A DNA stretch of 64,000 bases from Eledone cirrhosa (lineage: Eukaryota): NCBI GenBank assembly GCA_964016885.1, contig OZ024741.1, positions 134,850,001 to 134,914,000 of the forward strand. The letters are read 5' to 3'. The notes under the pieces were generated by a model that saw only the letters and a list, made by a program, of their open reading frames with translations, was not told the origin of the DNA and made no database searches. How positions within the stretch are numbered: the stretch's first letter is position 1; every line of letters begins with the position of its first letter. Positions 28,669-40,952 of the stretch are shown piece after piece. The position numbers and the translations under genes are program-made.

Positions 28669-29262
28669 CAGTAATTCGCCTAACGGCATAATTTGTCTCT
28701 ACCTGTTTTATTATGTCCCAATGTGCACTGGATTGAACGGTATCAACCTTAATCACGGAAACCGTAGGTGAATCTCCAGACTCGACCTTCATTAAATTCT
28801 ATTATGGTTAAATCTCTATTATGGTTAGGGCACTCGCTCTTACAACCATCAATACTAAACAAATAAATATTTTGTTAGGTATAAGTTCTATAAAAGGAAC
28901 ATGATCCAATTAAGGATAACCCAGAACTAAATTTAACACTTATCTAATTGATCATCAATTTGATAAGATGACATTGCTTTCGTTTACATCTCTTACTTCA
29001 ATATTATTGTATATGTTGGAGGGTCGGACGCCATGCTTTGAAGCATAGAGTTACCTCCCTGTATGATCTGAGTTCAAATCCCGCGAGGTTAACTTTGCCT
29101 TTCATCCTTACGGGGTGGTTAAAAATAAAGTACCAGTAATGCACTGGGTAATTGCTGGCCTTGTGCCAAAAGTAGAAACAATTATTGTATATGTTGCTGA
29201 ATATTGAGGGGTGTTCGTTTGTATAACTTAAGTATTCCTAAATACATTTAAATATGTGTGTT

Positions 29263-29351
<89 letters not shown>

Positions 29352-29984
29352 AACCATTCTAATAGGACATTTTCTAATACATAAAACAAAAGTAATGGTG
29401 ATACTTTGTACTAGCGGTCACAGCTAGTTCTGTTGTTGTTCCTGGTTTTGTTGTCAGGTCATCCTACAAAATACACTTGTGAAGGAAAACAGCCCCTTAC
29501 TAGGAAAGCGAATCCTTACAACTACAGTTACCTAAAATATTGACCGATCTTTGAACTGCCAACAACATACTTCAATACGCACCATATATAAGGCATCGCT
29601 TTATAGAGTCAAATTAACCTTTAACTAAAAGTGAAATGACCAAGAAGATAAGTAAAAATAAACCAATAGGATTGAATGAACACCCCCATCAAGTGATGCC
29701 AGCTAGAGAGCCTTATACTGAACCCATATGTCAGCTAGGCCTTGGAGGAATAACATCAAAACCCACCCGGAACATATCACACGCTGAAGAAATGATTACG
29801 CAATAGCTGTCTGATGAGGTCGTATCTATTATATATAGATTTCTGGTTTGCTGAGAAACATACCAATAGTAACACTCGATGCACAAGCAAAGTGTATATA
29901 TTAAGGAAAACGATGAAGTTTCGTTTATATGAAGTTAGTTTTTTTTAATTGTGTGACTTCAGTTAAACGAAACTTCATCGTTTT

Positions 29985-31500
29985 CCGATGTCATCGAAGC
30001 ACAAAAGGAGGCTTACAAAGCTTGGCTTGGAAATAAGTCCTCATTCTTATACTTGCGGTACAAGCAGACACGGAGAACAGCAGCAGAAACAGTAAAAGCG
30101 TCTAAAGTTAAGACATGGGAGGACTTTGGGGTTAAGCTGGAATCCGACTTCAGATCAGCAAATAAAGTGTTCTAGCAGACCATCCGCTATGAAGAATATG
30201 TCTGGTTTTCTCCTCTCTTCAGAGAGGTACATCATCATGAGGTGGAGAGAATATTTTGCTGATCTCTTAAATCCGATCACAACAGCATCTTCTGAAGTAC
30301 ATGAGGTGCATCTGGGAGCGGTGACTAATATTTCAGAGGCTGAAGTCACAGGAACAGTTACAGAGCACAAATGTGGCAAGGTCGCTGGGAAAGCTGAAAT
30401 TGGGCTCGAGATGTTAACCTTAAATAGAGAAAGTATTCTCTGGCTCGTGTGTGTCGGATAGCCTGGATCTCAGGAAAGGCATCTAAGCAATGGCAATCGG
30501 GAGTGATAATCCCAATTTTCAAAACGGGAGACGAGAGAGATTGTTCCAATTATAGAGGGATCTCCCTGTTAAGCCTCCCCAGTAAAACCTATGCTAAGTG
30601 TCTGGCAAAGAGATGCAGAGAGATTGTCGAGTTCAAGCTAGCTGATAAACAGTGTGGTTTTCGCCCCGGATGCAGCGCAGCTGATCAAATATTCACACTG
30701 TGGCAGGTCTTCGAAAAATTGTGGGAGTATTGCCATGAGGTATATTCTTGTTTTGTCGACCTTGAAAAGGCATATGACCACATTCCCCGGGACCTGCTGT
30801 GGAAAGTTCTGCAGAATTATGGGATCGCGACCCTGATGTCTCTATACGAATGCCCGAGTATTTGTGTTCGGATAAATGGTGCTGAATCGAATCCATTCAA
30901 TGAGTGAGTCAGACTCCACCAGAATGCGTACTGTCTTCATCTGTTCATTATTTACAGGATCAGGATTGACATACACAGCCGGATTGGAAGTGGTATTATG
31001 ACTGGCGGGTGTAAAATCAGTCGGCTGGAATTTGCAGGCGACATGGTGTTACTTAATACGCCAGAAAGTGATATTCGACTTCCACACGATAAGTTTGACG
31101 GTGAATGCTGCATGGTTGGAATGAAAATCAGTGCTGCGAAAACTGAGACACTTGTCCTCGCAAGGAAGCCTGCGCAGTACACTGTACATATGAATAGAGT
31201 TCCACTGAAGCAGATTGAAAAGTTCAAGTATCATGAGTGATGGACGACAGGAGGCGGAATTAAGTGCAAGAATTGTAGGAGCAGTAATGCACCCCGCGGC
31301 CCCAGCCGACAGAATAGAGAAGGCGTTTTCCCGGAGGATGGTGAGGGAGACGCGCTGGAAGAGCCATTCCAGCTTGAAAGGCTCACACCTGCGGGTAGCC
31401 AACAACGTGCCCATGGTGGTGAGCAGGAAGGTAGCCCTAGGGACAAAAGACATCAGAAGTTTCCACTGCCACGGGCTCTACCGCAAACCTGTCGGAGAAC
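29985..31500 (+). pseudogene. degenerate RTE LINE RT fragment
   Basis: IIPIFKTGDERDCSNYRGISLLS, QCGFRPG, FVDLEKAYD, LEFAGD, IEKFKY across frameshifts. Confidence 0.85.
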
Positions 31501-31931
31501 GACTGATATTTGGAAAGATTATATCGATATATTAAATGGATGCCTTACAGATTCCAATAATTTCAAGGGAGATAATCAGAAAGAGATGAAAACAAGAGTA
31601 ACCTCCTTTAAAAGTTTTTTTTTTAAAATCGAACGTTTTTCAAAATTAAAATACAATACGTTTCATTCAACAAACATAAATTATATTATAAAGAAAGACA
31701 AAAGAAAAAGAAAAAGAAAAAGAAAAAGAAAAAGAAAAAGAAAAAGAAATTGAATAGCGAAAATAAAAGGAAAGACTCTACATATATCTACCTATCTCTA
31801 TCTTTATCTCTGTAACCACCACTCGGTCCATTTATCTATTTATTTGCTTATCTATCTATCTAGAGATGGAGACACCTACACCCCTCATATATATATATAT
31901 ATATATATATACAGAGAGAGGAAGAGAGAGA

Positions 31932-31963
<32 letters not shown>

Positions 31964-32922
31964 AAATTGCTTTTATAGGACTAGAACTGTTTCATTCGAA
32001 GGAAATCACCAGGGAAGCCGACTGTCGGCTTTCCTGATGACTTCCTTCGACTGAAACAGTTCTAGTCCTGTAGAAGCCATTTCTATATTAAATATTTATA
32101 CCCTGCTATTTATTGAGTACCTTACTTACTGTGGTTACCCCTGATTAAACCCGACAGACACACACACACACACATATATATATATATTACACATATGCAA
32201 AAAAACCCACCTCTAATGAGGGGAGTATAAGTCAGCTATGGATATTTTCCCCAACTACAATCATATATATGTAGGTTCCCGAGTGTTGTCAAGGGGTAGC
32301 CACAGTTACAAAAGTACTCAATACGTTGGAAGAGTATGAAATCATCAAGAATACGCACACATATATTTATAATGTGTGCGCTTGTTCATTTATGCACATC
32401 ATTGAACAAATAATTCTTTATTTAATCAATAGGGAAGGTAACTCGAAACACAAACTATACACGCTTACCTCCCTTACAAAAACAATACAATTAACCCAAT
32501 ATTTATGCAGTTATTTATGTATATATTTATACATCTGATATACAAATCTGGCTGATCAGCCAGTCTGCTAATATGCAAATCAGGCCGATCAGTCACTGTG
32601 TATTTTTGAAAATAGCATATATTTTCACTAGCTCTGATAGTTTGGCAGGTGAACAGTGAGCTGTACTGAAACATTAGTGTCTACAGTTCTGTTCGCATGC
32701 CAACACAAGAGCAAGAATGAAGGGTTCATTCTACTGACATGGCTATAAAATTGAGGCTTGTTTGCAAAATTGCAAACGAATCGAATGTTATTATTAATAT
32801 TCGAAAAACTCAGATTACTTTTATACATATAGATAATTTGAAGCACAAACCAAATGAGCTGATTTCCCTTAATACCCAATTCAAAATTTCTTGTATGTGT
32901 AAAGGTATATTGTATCTCCAAG

Positions 32923-33019
<97 letters not shown>

Positions 33020-33200
33020 AAAGGTAAACAGAAATAACAACACAATCGGTACAGTATACGAAAGGGATATATTAGGTTAACGCTTGATATAGAAGGAAGA
33101 GGGTCTTAACGTTTCGGATGCTAGTCGTTCATCAGAAGAAAGAATGAGAAATAAGATAGATTGAGGGGACGGGAGGGATGGAATTGGAAAAAATGTCTTA
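33020..33200 (-). mobile_element. solo 3' end of the 11475-12662 PLE family with mutated HHR (33104-33139)
   Basis: Reverse complement of 12480-12662; HHR stem II disrupted (CGAC/ATCC); flanked by (TA)n. Confidence 0.85.
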
Positions 33201-33216
33201 TATATATATATAAATC

Positions 33217-33887
33217 TATGTATAGTATATTTGGCAATATACCGTATGTTTAATTAAAACATTTAGAAGACCATACGCTATCAGTTTTAAAGTAGTGACT
33301 ATGTCACTTACTTCTTTTCGGCGAAAGTAGGGAGAAAAACTGAAAGTCTGTTTCACGCTGGTTGGCAATCATCAGAACCAGGTACTCCCCTGCTTCCGCC
33401 GAAAATTATAGAAGCTAGATTCTAATTGAATTCCAGGAATAATCAGGAGCTGATTATACAGAGCGATTGCCGGTCCAGCAAAAATTAGGTATTAGGATTG
33501 GTGCTCTGAAATAGCGATGTATACATGAATGTATGTATAGTATATTTGGCAATATACCGTATGTTTAATTAAAAACATTTAGAAGACCATACGCTATCAG
33601 TTTTAAATCAGCTTCTAATTATTACTGGAATTCTATAAGAATCCAGCTTCTATAATTTTCGGCGGAAGCAGGGGAGTACGTGACTCTGATGAACGCCAAC
33701 CAGCGTGAAAAAGACTGTCGGCTTCTCTCCCTTCTTTTGCAGAAAATAAGTAAGTGACATAGTCACTACTTTAAAACCGATAGCGTATGGTCTTCTAAAT
33801 GTTTTTAATTAAACTTACGGTATATTGCCAAATATACTATAAATACATTCATATATACATCGGTATTTCAGAGCACCAATCCTAATA
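33217..33887. mobile_element. retrozyme-like 315-bp HHR monomer: 1.25 tandem copies plus an inverted copy
   Basis: 33221 repeats at 33536; inverted copy 33606-33887; HHR motifs at 33337-33380(-) and 33682-33724(+). Confidence 0.8.
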
Positions 33888-33928
33888 TATATATATGTTG
33901 AAGTGCGTATGCATTTTCTGGGGACACC

Positions 33929-34021
<93 letters not shown>

Positions 34022-34893
34022 CATACATACATTCATACATATATATATACAGTGGTGGACTGGGTCTAAAAATATTGGTGGCCAGGAGATGAAGGGAGCC
34101 CACCTACATATAGAATGCTATCATTTAATTTTTATAATGAATAAATAACATTTTCGAAAATTACATAAGTGGAAACAAAACAGTGCAATCAAATTTTTGC
34201 GGAAAAATATCTTACCTTCTCCAATAAAAAATATTATGTATTTTGCGAAACCCAGAGGATTTCAATATGACCAGAACTCGACCCTAAATATTACTAATAG
34301 CTCTAGGAAAGCCATGAACGACACCACATCTTTTTAACTTTGATTTTGAAAGTAGGTTTATAATTATGAATTATCATTATTACTTTGTAGCTGTCTCGGT
34401 GTCCTAGTTGGAGGAATCATAGGCGGTGTTGACTCTGGTCTGAAGTTTGATCCTGTTCGGGAGTAGGTTTCCCCGTAATCCTTTTCAGTTTTTTTTCTAT
34501 TGGTTGTAAAATAAAAACTGAAAAAGGTTACATGTACCTCTTGACAAGGATTGAACACAACGCCAGGATCTCCACCATCTCTGGTACCTACCGCTAGGCC
34601 ACAGAGACAACTACGAAAATCTTATAAACCTACTTTCATAATTTTCAATGGTGTCGTTCATGTCTTTCTTAATGTTATTGCTCCAACTTATAAATCATTT
34701 GGGTGTTCCATAAAACTACATCATCGTTTTGTTTCACATCTATCTAGACTATATTTTAACCTGTAATCCATGTTTCATCCCCCCCACCTCTCGCTTTCTC
34801 TCTGTGATATTTGAATCTATTATGATTTGGTCTTACCTTATTCCTATATATATGTTTTTGCATGTCAGTTAGATTCAAACTTACAATGATTGG

Positions 34894-35929
<1,036 letters not shown>

Positions 35930-35940
35930 TATATATATAT

Positions 35941-36662
35941 ATATACTATAAATTATGTCCATAGAATCATTTGATAAGATATATACTCCATTTCCTCTCC
36001 CAATTAGCATAATCAACCACACAAAAAAACAATTAAACCAGGCTATAAGATTAAAAGGAACCTATGAAGAAATAACAGATAAATAAACGACAGCCATCTA
36101 TTCGCGATCAACCGCTATAGAATATTTACCCAGCATTTCAATAGCACGTGGAAATCGATTAAATATATCGTCAACCATACACAATTAGGTATAAAATTAA
36201 AGTTTCGTTCACTTTCGGAAATATCCTATCAAGGATAAATTCTCGAGCTTCGAACTCATCAGGAAACAAACTCACTTGGATAAAGATATTTCTTAAATGA
36301 TCCCCGCTAGAAACGAATTCAAAATGGCTAAGAACGTGGCAGTGGTCAAGTCAGAAAGAATGTGATTGGTGCCTTACGGCTAGTGGGCTGGTTGCTAGAA
36401 AGCGCAGCCTAACACTGCCCAAATTGCATCTCAACCTTATGGGAGATTATCAAATATAAAGATTTACATATACACAAACTAGACAAAGTTATAGATATAT
36501 TTTTGGCAACCATTCACGATGTGGCGCAATGATGAATTAATAAATTGAATAATCAGAGCAATATACTATAAATTATGATCTTAGAATCATTTGATAAGAT
36601 ATATACTCCATTTCCTCTCCCAATTAGCATAATCAACCACACAAAAAAACAATCAAACCAGG

Positions 36663-36667
<5 letters not shown>
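35941..36667 (-). mobile_element. 620-bp-period non-coding unit with ~105-bp terminal direct repeats and degenerate HHR
   Basis: 35941 repeats at 36561; minus strand CTGATGA-GTTC...GAAC-GAAA at ~36196-36267; flanked by (TA)n. Confidence 0.65.
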
Positions 36668-36716
<49 letters not shown>

Positions 36717-36800
36717 AAAGTTATATTTAAATTGTTGGGTTACAACTAGTAAATATTTACAACTGATATAAAAGCACTCGAGAAATATTTGGAGTATATT

Positions 36801-39643
36801 TACAATATTAAATAAATGGAAACTATATTTATAAAACCATATTTATTTCATTATATATATTTCAGGGATATCATATTAACAATATGCTATGCCTTCCTCA
36901 GACAAAATACAATATAAACAGTTTTATAGATAAATAGATTCGACATACCGTAACAACATCGACTTGCATTTGAAAAGGTTGATTTGGTAGTGAAAAAATT
37001 GTACACAGAGAGAAAGAAAGAGAGAAAAAAAGGAAAGAAAGACAGAAAACGAAGAAAAAGAAGAAAAAGAAGAGATGCATGGAACAAAATAGAGAGATGG
37101 AAAGATAGATAAAGAGAAGAACTTCATGTAAAGAAACAGAAAGAGATATATATATATATAGAGAGAGAGAGGAAATAGAGATAGATACATATATATAGAA
37201 AACTAGGTAGTGGGACGTCTGTTGAATAACGTATCAATGATACATTTATTTATTTATTTATTTATTTAGCTCTAGTATTAATGTAAGGGAGATATATGGA
37301 GAGAAACCAGCTGTTATATATATAGAGAAAAAAAAATATAGAGAGAGAAAAAAATAGAGAGAGAAAAAAATTTAAAAATAACCAGACACAGGCGAGGCGT
37401 AAAAAACCTCTGTTTTAATGTAGAGGTATTAGTATTTACAAAACCAGCCACTACATTGTAAATATCAGTATTCCTGAATGAGACATGTATCCACAATGTG
37501 TGAAAATTAATGATCTTATGTTTAGTTTTTTAAAAAATTCATATGTTTATGTGATAATTACAAACATCTATGTGAATCTACATGATCAACTCTGCAAACC
37601 CTAAGTTCACGGAAAACATTCTCAATGTGGTATAAAAATTTAAGTATACATATATGTGTATATAGAGTCAATATTACTATTTCTGTCTCTACTCTACAAG
37701 ATTATCTATCAAGCAAAAATAGAGCAGATTTCAATATACTAATAAAAATAAAAATATATCAGAAACAAAACTAAAAATAACAATAATAATAATAAGTAAT
37801 AATAAAATAGAAAACTAAAAAATATTACGAAAGAATATTACATATTAAAAATATTACATATTAAAAAATTTACATATTAAAAATATTAAAAATAAAAATA
37901 TTAGGAAATACTACAATAATAAAAATAAAATAAACCACAAAGATCAACCCTTCAAAATTAATTGACAATATATTGCCAAGTTCATTATAAACATCAGAGT
38001 CGAAAAACAGATAAAGCCAAAAATTATCTATCAAATCGCATCTAGCAAAGATCATTTCAAAAAGTTTAGGATGCCCAATTTGGTCTACATGTGTTCTTAT
38101 ATTTAATATAGAAGTTTATCTAGTGTAACGTTTATTCGAAATATTTGGAGCATCAACTTTTAGGGTAGCTTAATTTTTCATGAAGAATGTTTAAATAAAA
38201 ATAAAATAAAATAAAAATAAAAAGAATAAAAAGAGAATCAAAGATTTATCGGCTAGTTTCCCATATAATTATAAATCAAACTAAATATACTACATTTTAA
38301 ATTTAAATTTATATTTAAACGTTGAGTTTAATCTATGTTTGCAACAACTGAATACATTTGTCCGTAGATTAAGGGAATTTTTAGATTATAACTTTTTGAA
38401 ATGATCTTTGCTAGATGCGATTTGATAGATAATTTTTGGCTTTATCTGTTTTTCGACTCTGATGTTTATAATGAACTTGGCAATATATTGTCAATTAATT
38501 TTGAAGGGTTGATCTTTGTGGTTTATTTTATTTTTATTATTGTAGTATTTCCTAATATTTTTATTTTTAATATTTTTAATATGTAAATTTTTTAATATGT
38601 AATATTTTTAATATGTAATATTCTTTCGTAATATTTTTTAGTTTTCTATTTTATTATTACTTATTATTATTATTGTTATTTTTAGTTTTGTTTCTGATAT
38701 ATTTTTATTTTTATTAGTATATTGAAATCTGCTCTATTTTTGCTTGATAGATAATCTTGTAGAGTAGAGACAGAAATAGTAATATTGACTCTATATACAC
38801 ATATATGTATACTTAAATTTTTATACCACATTGAGAATGTTTTCCGTGAACTTAGGGTTTGCAGAGTTGATCATGTAGATTCACATAGATGTTTGTAATT
38901 ATCACATAAACATATGAATTTTTTAAAAAACTAAACATAAGATCATTAATTTTCACACATTGTGGATACATGTCTCATTCAGGAATACTGATATTTACAA
39001 TGTAGTGGCTGGTTTTGTAAATACTAATACCTCTACATTAAAACAGAGGTTTTTTACGCCTCGCCTGTGTCTGGTTATTTTTAAATTTTTTTCTCTCTCT
39101 ATTTGTTTCTCTCTCTATATTTTTTTTCTCTCTCTATATAACAGCTGGTTTCTCTCCATATATCTCCCTTACATTAATACTAGAGCTAAATAAATAAATA
39201 AATAAATAAATGTATCATTGATACGTTATTCAACAGACGTCCCACTACCCAGTTTTCTATATATATGTATCTATCTCTATTTCCTCTCTCTCTCTATATA
39301 TATATCTCTTTCTGTTTCTTTACATGAAGTTCTTCTCTTTATCTATCTTTCCATCTCTCTATTTTGTTCCATGCATTTCTTCTTTTTCTTCTTTTTCTTC
39401 GTTTTCTGTCTTTCTTTCCTTTTTTCTCTCTTTCTTTCTCTCTGTGTACAATTTTTTCACTACCAAATCAACCTTTTCAAATGCAAGTCGATGTTGTTAC
39501 GGTATGTCGAATCTATTTATCTATAAAACTGTTTATATTGTATTTTGTCTGAGGAAGGCATAGCATATTGTTAATATGATATCCCTGAAATATATATAAT
39601 GAAATAAATATGGTTTTATAAATATAGTTTCCATTTATTTAAT

Positions 39644-39649
<6 letters not shown>
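36801..39649. repeat. large palindrome: ~1.27-kb arms (36801-38066 / 38390-39649), PLE-derived
   Basis: Near-identical inverted arms (mirror ORFs in the track), HHR in each arm, both ends at or near (TA)n. Confidence 0.9.
39541..39606 (+). ncRNA. type I hammerhead ribozyme (mirror copy 36844-36909, minus strand)
   Basis: TATTTTGT-CTGAGGA-AGG...CCT-GAAA-TATATA-TA^-ATGAAATA; stem II extended by catatt/aatatg. Confidence 0.75.
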
Positions 39650-39681
<32 letters not shown>

Positions 39682-40096
39682 CTGTTTCTCTCTTTCCCTC
39701 TTACTGCTCCCTCGTTCTCTCTGTTTCTCCCCCTCTCACTTCCACCCGTTCGTTAGTAGTGGGGTTCTTTCTTTCTCACATCTCATTCACGTCGGACGGT
39801 CTGTTTTCTGACCGCTCATGAAATTCACCCAGATTATGCTGACCGGATAACCATCATGTTGCTTGCTTTTTTCCTACCTTCGGTTTGCTTTTCCTTCTAT
39901 GTTGTTTTCTTGTCTCACTCGCTTTACGCGATTCACTTGTCCCAATAGCTTATTTTAGTTATTGCTCGCACCAACCTGAGGTATATGATTATTAATGCGA
40001 TGAAATACCAATGATGGTTGGCAAATCACTGATGAGGGACTAATTTTATAATATGTAACCCATGTGCAACCACGCAGTATTCCTCTTTCTTCCCAT

Positions 40097-40142
<46 letters not shown>

Positions 40143-40562
40143 CGAAGGAATTGTGGTAAGGAACCAGATGGACCATAACGCACCAGAGTACTTAATACTT
40201 AGGGTAGTAGAGTGGGTAATAGGAAAAAGTATCACCCCGACGGCAGAGCTCAAGCCGCAGAAATAGCCGTCGAAACGGCTTGAGCTCTGCCGTCGGGGTC
40301 ATACCTTTTCCTATATATATATATATATATATACTGAGTAGCGGACTAGGTCTAAAAATATTCGTTGCCAGATGAAGGGAGCCCACCTACTTATAGAATG
40401 CTATCATTTAGTTTTTACAATGAATAAATAACATTTTCAAAAAATACATAAATGGAAACAAAACAGTGCAATCAAATTTTTGCGGAAAAATATCTCCTCC
40501 AATAAAAAAATTATGTATTTTGCGAAAGCCAGAGGCTTTCAATAATGACCTTTGCTCTTTCA

Positions 40563-40699
<137 letters not shown>

Positions 40700-40716
40700 C
40701 AGTATATATATATATA

Positions 40717-40943
40717 TGTATATGAATGTATACACAATGTATCTTGCAATACATTGTATGCTTAATTAAAAGCATTTTGAAGACCATACGCTATTGTTTT
40801 AAAATAGTGACAATGTCACTTATTTAAATTTTTAGCAGACAGGGGAGATAAACTGACAGAGCTCTGTTTCGTACTTTTTGGTACTTATCAAAGTTCACTA
40901 CTCCTTCTGCTTGCTGAAAATTATGTGTTGAATTCTTATAGAA
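40717..40943 (-). mobile_element. diverged third copy of the 315-bp HHR family
   Basis: Shares ttaattaaaa..cattt.gaagaccatacgctat..ttttaaa.tagtgac.atgtcactta; HHR relic gaact-TTGATAA-GTAC caaaaa GTAC-GAAA-CAGAGCTCTG-TC-agttt at 40850-40897. Confidence 0.75.
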
Positions 40944-40952
40944 TATATATAT

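Noticed and set aside
40028-40070. CTGATGAGGG as an HHR start
   Set aside because: No downstream GAAA/NUH; truncated.
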